The translations under genes and the position numbers were made by a program. A stretch of 64,000 nucleotides of DNA from Mobula hypostoma. Lineage: Eukaryota. Positions 11,233 to 21,928 of this stretch are shown here, piece after piece; within the stretch, counting starts at the first letter, position 1, and every line of letters starts with the position of its first letter. The DNA is taken from positions 126,854,001-126,918,000 of the forward strand of contig NC_086097.1 of NCBI RefSeq assembly GCF_963921235.1. The letters are read 5' to 3'. Below the pieces are notes generated by a model that did no database searches, had not been told where the DNA came from, and saw nothing but the letters and a program-made list of their open reading frames with translations.

Positions 11233-12228
11233 TCTTCGCTCTGTGGGCCACTTCTTCTTTGAATACAAGTATGTGAAAAATGATATGAAAGCTTGTGATC
11301 AAACTGAACAATGAGGGAGTGAATAGGACAAGGTTCCAGGGCAACAAAGTAGGCAGATAGGTGGCAATTTCAGTTTGAAAAGGCAAATTTTGGAAAGCTA
11401 TCAAGGAAAGACTTGATGTTTAGGAAAACACTTAAAGAAATCATTAATGTTGGAAGTAGGTACCATATGAAGACAAGTAAGATTTTAGTTGTATAAAGGG
11501 GGCATTGAATGCTAAAACAACAGTGTAATGTTAAATTTGTGCAATCCATTGGCAAGATCACAGCTGTAGTCTTGTGTGTATTTAAATAGACCTTGTTCAA
11601 AAAAATTATCAGAGCCAAGGGAAGAATACCATGTAAAATTTAGACCATGTGTACTTGCCAGCAGAAGGCAAATGACGTACAGTATCGTTTGGACATTTGT
11701 GAAATTATGGAAAGTTTTTTTGAAAGAAATGTTTAAAATGATTTTCAATTATTCACATTTGAGCAAAGCACAGTTTGTTAATGATCACCCAGAGAATGAA
11801 TTGAAAGGGAAGAGTTTTTGCCAAGAAGGGATATCGGAGGAAAATAAAATCCCTTGATACATGCAAAGAATGTCTCAATAGGTAAGAGGAAATTGAAATA
11901 GAATATTTTTTTAAAAGATAGAAGGGAAATAGGGTGAAAGTCAATGAATTTAACATTATTTGTCTGGGTGTAGAGTTCATCCTGAGATTGAGCCTTGGGA
12001 CATGGTGTCAGCCAGAACAACAAGGCTGTTAGCTGCAGCTTTCAGGTTTACTTCACAAGTTAGTCAGAGCAAGTGTAGAAAGAGCTGAATTTCCATCACT
12101 TCCCACATGTCAGCTCTCAGCTTTGCTTCCTTTCCCCAAAAAGAATAGCACTAGAGTTCCCTTGGTCCTCATCTTTCACTTCAACTTCTGCATCTAGCAA
12201 ATCATCTGCTATTTCCACCAAGTCATCC

Positions 12229-13050
12229 AGTTTAATGTGGATAAATGTGAGGTTCTCCACTTTGGTGGCAAGAACAGGAAGGCAGATTACTATCTCAATG
12301 GTGTCAAGTTAGGAAAAGGGGAAGTACAACGAGATCTAGGTGTCCTTGTTCATCAGTCACTGAAAGTAAGCATGCAGGTACAGCAGGCAGTGAAGAAAGC
12401 TAATGGCATGTTGGCCTTCATAACGAGGGGAGTTGAGTATAGGAGCAAAGAGGTCCTTCTGCAGTTCCACAGGGCCCTGGTGAGACCACACCTGGAGTAT
12501 TGTGTACAGTTTTGGTCTCCAAATTTGAGGAAGGACATTCTAGCTATTGAGGGAGTGCAGAGTAGGTTCACGAGGTTAATTCCCGGGATGGCGGAACTGG
12601 CATATGCTGAAAGATTGGAGCGACTGGGCTTGTATACACTGGAATTTAGAAGGCTGAGAGGGGATCTGATTGAAACATATAAGATTATTAAGGGAGTAGA
12701 CATGCTAGAGGCAGGAATCTTGTTCCCGATGTTGGGGGAGTCCAGAACCAGAGGCCACAGTTTAAGAATAAGGAGTAGACAATTTAGAACGGAGTTGAGG
12801 AAAAACTTTTTCACACAGAGGGCTGTGGTTCTGTGGAATGTTCTGCCTCAGAAGGCAGTGGAGGCCAATTCTCTGGATTCTTTCAAGAAAGAGTTAGATA
12901 GAGCTCTTAAAGATAGCGGAGTGAAGTGATATGGGGAGAAGGCAGGAAAAGGGTACTGATTGTGGATGATCAGCCACTATCACAGTGAATGGCGGTGCTG
13001 GCTCGAAGGGCTGAATGGCCTACTCCCGCACCTATTGTCTATTGTCTACG
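12229..13050 (+). mobile_element. Young CR1 LINE 3' fragment with open ORF2 C-terminus
   Basis: 230-aa uninterrupted DKCEVLHFG...RPHLEYCVQFWSP...RGHSL...FFTQR, followed by 3' UTR and (ctattgt)n tail. Confidence 0.95.
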
Positions 13051-13479
13051 TCAAATGTGATCCCACCACCAGTCACATTCTCACCTCCTCCCCTTTTATT
13101 TATTGATACGGTCAACAATGTGACTGCTTGGCTCATCCATCTCCAGCCAGTGGTCCCCTATCCGCTAGCCCTCATTTCCTCCCTCACCACCATCCGGAAA
13201 CCTAAACTACTCTCGTAGATAAGGCAGAGGTTCGCTTGTACCTCTTTCAACTTGGTCTCCTGCATTCACTGCTCACAATGTGGTGAGATCAAGTGTTGAC
13301 CAGACAGCCATTGCTGTATCATCAATGGCCATTTTGAGCTTCCAGTTGAATGTCATTTTAACTCTACCTTCCACTCCCACATCAACCAATATATCTTTGG
13401 CCTTCTCCATCGCTATGAAGTGGCCAAACAGACACTGGCAGAACCCGATGATGCAGACACTGAATATTATAATTTCAGA

Positions 13480-13900
13480 AATCAGAAGCAGGTTTATAAT
13501 TACTTATATATGTAATAAAATTTGTTGGTTTGTGGCAACGGCAAGACAAAAAAATTATAAGTTAAATATTAATTGGCGCTGAATAGGAATAGTATGTTAT
13601 TGTTCATGTAGAAATCTGATGGTTGAGGGGAAGAAACTGTTCCTAAAGTATTCAGAATGTATCTCTTCCCTGAAGGTTAAATGACAAGATGGTGTGACCC
13701 AGATGATGCAGATCCTTGAGGATGAATGGCATCTTCTTCAGCTAGCGCATTTTGAAGATGACCTCAGTGGTGGGGAGGGCTGTGCTTGGAACAGAGCTGG
13801 CCGAGTCAACAACACTCTGCAGCTACTTTCACTCCTGCACACTGCAGCCTCCATAACAGCTGGTGTTCCAACCAGTCAGAATACTCATCATCCTACAGCC
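13480..13900 (-). mobile_element. Old L2/Rex1-like LINE 3' fragment
   Basis: atcagaatcagg-type tail and gagggaagaaactgttcct motif shared with similar fragments near 31400, 38250 and 46240. Confidence 0.5.
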
Positions 13901-15889
13901 GCAGAAACCTGCCAGAGACCACAAGACATAGGAGCAGAATTAGGCCAGTCCATCATGACTGATTTATTGTCCCTGTCAATCCTATTCTTCTGCCTTCTCC
14001 CTGTAACCTTTGTTGGCCGTACTGATCAAGAAGCTATTAACCACTGTTTTAAATGTACTCAATGACTTGGCCTGCATAACTGTCCATGGCAATGAATTCC
14101 ACTGATTCACCACCCTCTGGCTAAAGAAATTCCTTCTCATCTCAGTTCTAAAGGCATGTCATTTTATTTTGAGGTTTTGTCCTCTGGTTCTAGACTTCCC
14201 CACTATGGAAAACATTCTCTCCTTGTTCACAAAACATAGGTCTTTCATTATTAGATAGGTTTCAATGAGATCCCTCCTCATTCTTCCAAACTCCAGTGAG
14301 TACAGCCCCAGAGCCATCAAACACTCTTCATGTGTTAACCATTTCCTTCTCATGATCATTCTCGTGAACCTCCTCTGGACCTCTCCAATGCCAGCATATC
14401 CTTTCTGAAATAGGGGCCCAAAACTGCTTACAATATTCCAACTGTGGTCTGACCAATGTCTTAAAAAGTCTCAGCATTATATCCTTGCTTGTATATTCCA
14501 GTCCTCTTGAAATAAATGCTAAGTTTACATTTGTCTTTCTTGCCACCAATTCAACATGCAAGTTTATGTTTGGGGAATCCTGCATGGTGACTCCCAAATC
14601 CCTTTGCACTTCCCATTTCTGAATTTGCTCTCCACTTAGAAAATATTTACACCTTTATTCCTTCTTCCAAAGTGCATGACCATACGCTTGCCTACATTGC
14701 ATTCCAACTGACATTTCTTTGCCCATTCTCCCAATCTGTCCAAATCTGCAGACTTCCTGTTTCCTTTACACTACCTGTCCCTCCACCTACTTTTGACCAC
14801 AAAGCCAGCAATTCCCTCATCCAAATCACTGATATATGATGTGAAAAGAACTGGTCCCAACACCAACCCTTGCAGAACACCACTAGTCACCAGCAGCCAA
14901 CCAGAAAAGGTGCACTTAATTCACATTCTTTGCCATCTGCCAATTTCCTGTCCATGCTAGAATCTATCCTGTAATATTGTGGGCTCTTATCTTGTTTAGC
15001 AGCCTCATGTACAGCACCTTGTCAAAAGCCTTCTGAAAATCGAAGTAAACATCTACTAACAGATTTGTTAGTCAAGACTTCCCCTTATGGAAACCATGCT
15101 GACTTTGGCCTATTTTATCAAGAGTCTCCAAGTACCCCAAAACCTCATTCTTAATAGTGGAATCCAACATCTTTCCAACCATTGAAGTCAGGCTAACTGG
15201 TCTATAATTTTATGTCTTTTTCTTTCCTTCCTTCTTGAAGAGTGGAGGGACATTTGCAAATTTCCAGTCCTCTGAAAGGATTGCAGAAACTAGTGATTCT
15301 TGAAAGATCACTGTTAATGTCTCCATAATCTGTTTATCTACCACTTTCAGAACCCTAGGGTGCAGTCCATCTGGTGGAGGTGACCTCTCTACCTTGAGGC
15401 TTCATATGTCTCGAGCAACTACATTCACTTCTGTCCCCTGGTGCTCTCAAATTTCTGGCATACTGCTGGTGTCTTCCATTGTGAGACTGAAGTAAAATAC
15501 TTAATAAGTTCATCCGCTATTCCTTTGTTCCCCATTATTACCTTTCCAGCAGTCTGATATTCACTCTCACCTTAACCACAAGCTGCTCAGCAGCCATCTC
15601 ACAGGTATTCCTTAAATTCCTTCTTTTTGGATCCAGTACTTCTCTGATTTTCCCAATCTACCTGCATATTAAAATCCCCATAACTATTGTAACATCGTCC
15701 TTTTTATCTCCTGTCATAATCTGCACCACATCTGGCTACTGTTTGAAGGCTTATGTATAATTCCCATCAGCACCTTTTTACCGTTCCAGTTACTTAACAT
15801 GAGGAAGTTTTTGACAAGAACAGACCATTCAGGCCAACAAAGCTTGCCAAATTCCTATTCACATAGTGTGTTGAAATAACTATTGAGTT

Positions 15890-17430
15890 TAGATGACCCA
15901 TTGAGGCACCCTTTGAGAGAAGGGTAGTGCAGTCTGATGTGACCAGAATGAACATTAAATTTTCCTGAATGCTATTGCTATCTCTTTGATTTGGAAATTA
16001 AAGAAGAAAAACTCAGCTTATTAAAGAAGAAAGACGCATAGCAAGACAAATATGTGACCAGAATGAACATTAAATATCCATGAAGTAAATTTGAAGGAAT
16101 TGGGCTTGCTGGGTTGGGTCTGGAATTAAATGTCCGATGTAATGATGGATTTGGCCTTGAACAATCACAGAAGGATTCCATCGATTCCTAGTTGGAATGA
16201 CTTGTTTGGCACCAAAGGATGTCATTTGGAAGAGGCAATTGTATTGTCTGATGTTCTTCCTGAACTCATTTGCAATAGGTTCATCATTGCTGTACAAATT
16301 GAGTTCATTAGGTAGAAGCTGCAAATTGCCTATCCTGACCTTTCCCTTCATACAGCAGAAATGTGCGGTTTCTCCAGTGAATAGGAAGGCACGACAGTGA
16401 GGGCATACTCTGGTCATTGAACCAACATCAGCAGAAATGTGCGGTTTCTCCAGTGAATAGGAAGGCACGACAGTGAGGGCATACTCTGGTCATTGAACCA
16501 ACATCAGCAGAAATGTGACGGCATGCGAATCATGCATTTTGCCTTGCTCTTTCTCTGTCAAGGTATTGTTGAAAGTGGCCATTGTCGTCTTCAGCAACAC
16601 TCACAAATTCTGGAGTTGATCTTTCCTTTTCTCCTCTGTCTCTTCCTCTCTCCTCCTTCTCTGCCTTTTTTTGTCATTCTAGAGATGCGCAGCCCTTTCA
16701 TCCTTCGTCTCTTCATCTCTTCTACCATTTGTTCTTTCTCTCTTGATCCTGGAGTCGTGCGGCCCTGGCCTGATCGGATTCTTGTTCTCTCTTCCGTCTG
16801 TGCCTATTGTTGTCAATTTGGAGACGTGCATCCCTGTCCTCCTCTATCTCATCTTCTCTCATCTTTTTTATCCTAACTCTTTGATCCTGGAGTCATGCGG
16901 CCCTGGCCTCATCCAATTGTTGTTCTCTCCCTCTCCTTGCCGCTTCCCGATGACGATTGGCATCATCTCTTGACCATCTCTTGGCCCCTTCTCTTTCCAC
17001 GTGGCATAATTAGGCTATCCATATATTTTTACCCTAATGCTTGATAGAAAATAGGAAGCAGTAACACCAAAGCCTCCAAGCTGCTGAGGCTGCCCGTGCG
17101 CATGCGTTGTGGTGTGGCGTCGTGGTCTCCATGGAAGGTGGAAGCGGCTCTGTGAGCATCGTGAGGCACTGCTGAGGCTGGCCATGCGCATGCGTCGAGC
17201 TGTGGCATCCCGATTTCCATGACGGCCGATCGGGTCTCGGTTGAAAGGCAGCCTGTTGATTTTTGGCAAATGAGCAATTTTATACGAACATATAACCCTG
17301 AACTTTGCCTGCATTCTGTAAATTAGCACATTTTAATTCGATTCAGCCAAAAAAAGAGTGCCGCTTTAATGTACCGTTTGCGCTAATTGGAGGTCATAAA
17401 CAGAGCATGAGAGTTTTAGTAGGATAGAGA
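15890..17430 (-). mobile_element. Internally deleted Helitron with RepHel N-terminal remnant
   Basis: CPHCRAFLFTGE...CCMKGKV...FRKNIRQYNCLFQMTSFGA...QGQIHHYIG...FLQIYF. The 5' end reads TC(TCTATCCTACTAAAA) after host A. Subterminal hairpin ACCCTT-N6-AAGGGT at 15908-15925; 3' end ...GGGTCATCTA. Host CR1 rejoins across the insert. Confidence 0.85.
16353..16517. repeat. 76-bp tandem duplication in Helitron ORF
   Basis: CAGCAGAAATGTG recurs at 16353, 16429 and 16505 with identical intervening sequence. Confidence 0.95.
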
Positions 17431-20400
17431 TTGGAAGTCTCTACAGTACTGCTCTCAACTACACAGCTAGGTAGTTTGTTCCATGTGTCCACAACTCGCT
17501 GTGTAAAGAAATGCTTCCTGATGTTAGCCTGAAATCTCCCTTTAACCAGTTCTCCACCTATGACCCCATGTTCTAGATGATGGATTAATTTTGAAGTGGC
17601 AGCTGGCATCCACCTTACTTATACTCTTTGGACACTTCTATCATGTCTCCTCTCATTCTACATCTACTTAGACTAAAAAGATTTTTTTAAATTCTTTCAA
17701 TCTTTGTTCGTAGCTGAAACCCTGCAGACGTGGAATGAATCTAATTGCCCTTCTCTGAACTCTCTCCAATGTCGACACCTTCCTCACAAAACTTGGAGAT
17801 CAAAATTGTACACAGTACTCAGGGTGTGGCCTCATAAGCACATTATACAGCTTAAGGAGAAAGTCTCTGGCCTTGAGCTCTACTGAGCGCGTTATTGTAG
17901 CCCAACAATCTGTTAACCTTCCTGGTTATTTCTGTGCATTGCCTAGATGGTGATAGTGATAAGTCTACCAGGACACCCAATTCCTCCTCATACAGTGCAC
18001 TTTCTAATTCAAGACACTATTGTATATTTATATCTGATATTTCTACTTGTATGTAATATTTTACATTTATTAACATTAAATTTCAGCTGCCCACATCTGG
18101 ATTTTGTTTAGATTTAACTGTACTGATTCTGCTGCCTGAGTGTTATCAGCCCGTTCCCCCCTAAGTTTGTCATCTGCAAATTTTATTAGTTTATTTGTTA
18201 TGTGTTGATCCAAATCATTAATGTAAATTAAGAACTGCAGTGGTTCCAAAACTGATCCCTGCGGAACCCCACTTTTAACATCTTCTAGGTGGGAAAATGA
18301 TCCTCTCACCATAACTTGTTGTTTTCTGTTTTTAAGCCAACTCTGCACTCATTCACACACCTTACCCTGAATCCCTACCTTCTGTAATTTGATTATTTAC
18401 CTCTTGTGGGGCACTTTGTCAAAGGCCTTCTGAAAATCCAAGTAAATGATATCAGCTGCTCTATTCTTATCATAAATTTTAGTTGCCTCTTCATAGAACT
18501 CCAGCAGATTAATAAAACATGATTTTGCCTCTCCGAACCCATGCTGGTGTTCTTCTAACCTACCTGTTCTTATCAGTTGTTTTTCCATCTCCTTCATTAA
18601 TAATGTTTCCATTATCTTACCTATGATACACGTTAAGCTTACTGGTTTATAGTTACCAGGGTCGGTGTGGTCACCCTTTTTATATACTGGGACAACATTA
18701 GCCCATTTCCAGTCCTTAGGGATTTTGCCTGTCCTCACTGACTTTTGAAAAATACATGTTAACAGTTAACTCTCACAAAAAGATTTTACATCTTTAACTT
18801 CTGCTCTGGCCTTCCCTTTTGCTTTGTTTCCACTATTCTAAACTGTTAAACTTTTGAACCTAATATTTAGTTTAAAGGTACACTTCAAGCCATCTCACTG
18901 ACTGCAATTTTGCTCTTTTATTTGCCCATCTTTCTTCACAGCCTCTTTGCACACTGTATCTACCTGTATACCAATTGCCCCACCCTCTGCCCTATCACTC
19001 CAGTTCCCACTCCCCTGACAAATTGGAGCCTGGATAACATACCATACACCTGATGAAGAACAGCTGCTGATGTGCCTTTGTGGTTCCTCAATGTGGTGGT
19101 CCAGGGTAGATACCCTGAAGTGTTGACGCTCAGGAATTTGAAGCTGCTCATCCTTTCCTGACCCCTCAATACTAAAACACTTCATCACATGGCCAAGGGG
19201 AATATTCATTGAGGCAGCTCACCCTTGCTCTTTTTGGGCACTGGTATGATTGAAACAGGTGGGATCCTCTATCTGCCTTCCTGAGAGGTCGGGGATGTCC
19301 TTGAAAATTCCAGCCGGTTGATCAACATAGGCTTTTGATACCCTTTCAGGTACACCAGACTCTGTGAGGGTTCATCTTCTAACGTTGGCCACCAAGACAG
19401 AGATCAAGGGTTATCGGATGCTGTTGGGATTCACAAAGGCATTGTGTTATTCTCCCTTTCAAAGTGTGCATAGAAGGTACTAAGTTCTTTGGGGAATGAG
19501 GCATCACAGCCATTTATTCTGTAGATAACCCGTACCCCCCACATCCCCCCCCCCATTTTCTTCTGCACACACTCACTTGTCAACTTAATTTTCTTCTCCC
19601 TTTGCTCACCTCTCCCTTCACCTGGTTCCATCTGACCATCATCCGCTCTGCAAGTGTTTCCACTCATCACCTACCAGCCCCTGAGCCATCTCCCCCTCCT
19701 CCATATAGCTACATATTGCCAATCATTCCTCTTCCGTCTTGGTCCTTGCAGGGTTTTAACCCAAACTGCTGAATTAGTCCTTTTGCCTACACAGATGCTG
19801 CTTGACCTGGTGAGTTCTTCCAGCATTCTCATACTGGTTCCAGATTCCACCACCTGTAGTCTCTTTTCTCTGCCCATAATGTGGACTGAGGCCAGGATTC
19901 CTTGCACCTCCTGCGTGGAGAGTAGTGTTTTTAATAATGAAAATTGCCTGTAGCTGACAGTGTGCGGTGGTGGCAGGAAAGAAACTTGCCTGCCCTGACT
20001 ACAGGGAAGAAATTTTGCAGAAGGCTCACTCCACATACCTCAGGGCCCTTTTTAAAGTTAAGGAAATGATGCCCACATCTGGTACACCCGAGCAGTTTGG
20101 GTACTCCTTCTACCGTTAACTCTTCAGTTAATGTACTCTTGAAAAAGAAAGACTTCCATTGATAAAGCAGCTTTCACTGTCTGGAGGTTTAGCAGTCTGT
20201 AAAGTACACGTGACATAGGGGGCAGATGTAACATGGAGCTACTATTCATAGTGACGCCCTGTACTTACAGATGAGCCGCAACAATTGGGCTGGGCTAAGC
20301 AGAGCCAGGAGTGCTGACTAGACTAACTCGCTAACTGTCAGTGAAGCTGTCTGGTGGCTGCTCTTGCAGGGCCTGCATGTTCTCCTGTCACCGCAGTCTT

Positions 20401-20961
20401 GTCACAGTGTTCCTGTCTCACATGTGATTTTCTTTTTTGTTCATTTCTGACTTGTGAATGGTTTGGAATAGAACCCTGGCATAACCTGGGGTCTGCCTGT
20501 ACAATAAGCCCCAGTCAGCATTGTGGCAATGACTAGATCTTCTGCTTTAGTGATATTATCGAAAGGCTGGTTGTCAAAAATTGACAAGTATTCCTGTCAT
20601 TGCCTCAAATGACCCTTTGTGGGAGCTTCCTCTGCACAAATCGGTACCAGATGTAAAGCAGTTTGCGATTATACAAATCCAAGTATTCTTCTGAGTGGTT
20701 TAGTTACAAATATCTTACAAAAGCCTGTGGCTGGGGCAGAGAGATGCTGCGTACCCTTCTTTCTCAGTCCTCAACCACTGATGCCACTGGACCAAACTCA
20801 AGTTACCAAGAGCAATATGACTCAGCAGTTCAGCTACTTGTTTCCAATCTTTTAATGCCTTAATGTGAAACGTGAAGGTGGCAGCTGGCTTTCTGGAATA
20901 AAAAAAAACATAAGAAACCTGGAAGCATTTTTAATTGCAATCTAATTGGTCTTTACAAGCT

Positions 20962-21928
20962 AACAACAGGAATTCTGCAGATGCTGGAAATTCAAGCAAC
21001 ACACATCAAAGTTGCTGGTGAACGCAGCAGGCCAGGCAGCATCTATAGGAAGAGGCGCAGTCGACGTTTCAGGCCGAGACCCTTCGTCAGGACTAACTGA
21101 AGGAAGAGTGAGTAAGGGATTTGAAAGCTGGAGGGGGAGGGGGAGATGCAAAATGATAGGAGAAGACAGGAGGGGGAGGGATAGAGCCGAGAGCTGGACA
21201 GGTGATAGGCAAAAGGGGATACGAGAGGATCATGGGACAGGAGGTCCGGGAAGAAAGACGGGGGGGGGGGTGACCCAGAGGATGGGCAAGAGGTATATTC
21301 AGAGGGACAGAGGGAGAAAAAGGAGAGTGAGAGAAAGAATGTGTGCATAAAAATGAGTAACAGATGGGGTACGAGGGGGAGGTGGGGCCTAGCGGAAGTT
21401 AGAGAAGTCAATGTTCATGCCATCAGGTTGGAGGCTACCCAGACGGAATATAAGGTGTTGTTCCTCCAACCTGAGTGTGGCTTCATCTTTACAGTAGAGG
21501 AGGCCGTGGATAGACATGTCAGAATGGGAATGGGAATGGGATGTGGAATTAAAATGTGTGGCCACTGGGAGATCCTGCTTTCTCTGGCGGACAGAGCGTA
21601 GATGTTCAGCAAAGCGGTCTCCCAGTCTGCGTCGGGTCTCACCAATATATAAAAGGCCACATCGGGAGCACCGGACGCAGTATATCACCCCAGTCGACTC
21701 ACAGGTGAAGTGATGCCTCACCTGGAAGGACTGTTTGGGGCCCTGAATGGTGGTAAGGGAGGAAGTGTAAGGGCGTGTGTAGCACTTGTTCCGCTTACAC
21801 GGATAAGTGCCAGGAGGGAGATCAGTGGGGAGGGATGGGGGGGACGAATGGACAAGGGAGTTGTGTAGGGAGCGATCCCTGCGGAATGCAGAGAGAGGGG
21901 GGGAGGGAAAGATGTGCTTAGTGGTGGG
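20962..21928 (-). mobile_element. Penelope-like element 3' fragment (GIY-YIG endonuclease plus 3' UTR/pLTR)
   Basis: FTCESTGVIYCVRCSRCGLLYIGETRRRLGDRFAEH...VATHFN...RLEEQHLIFRLGSLQPDGMN (21389-21721). Confidence 0.93.
21059..21094 (-). ncRNA. Minimal type-I hammerhead ribozyme of Penelope-like element
   Basis: Minus strand AGTC-CTGACGA-AGG(GTCTCGG)CCT-GAAA-CG-TC-GACT: stem I AGTC/GACT, CUGANGA and GAAA cores, stem II AGG/CCT, loopless palindromic stem III, GUC cleavage triplet. Confidence 0.8.

Larger units (their letters stand above)
15799..18765 (-). mobile_element. Second CR1-clade LINE fragment hosting the Helitron
   Basis: IPKDWKWANVVPVYKKG...IYLDFQKAFDKVPH; SGVPQGSVL...KFADD; HFFTQRVVDTWNKLP. 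Confidence 0.85.
13920..18890 (-). mobile_element. Degenerate CR1 LINE, interrupted at 15799-18765 by a second CR1-like element
   Basis: QRDLGV...LVRPQLEYCKQFWAP; similar to 7252-9770. Sequence breaks at cagttacttaac (15798) and resumes at ttaactctcac (about 18767). Confidence 0.8.
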
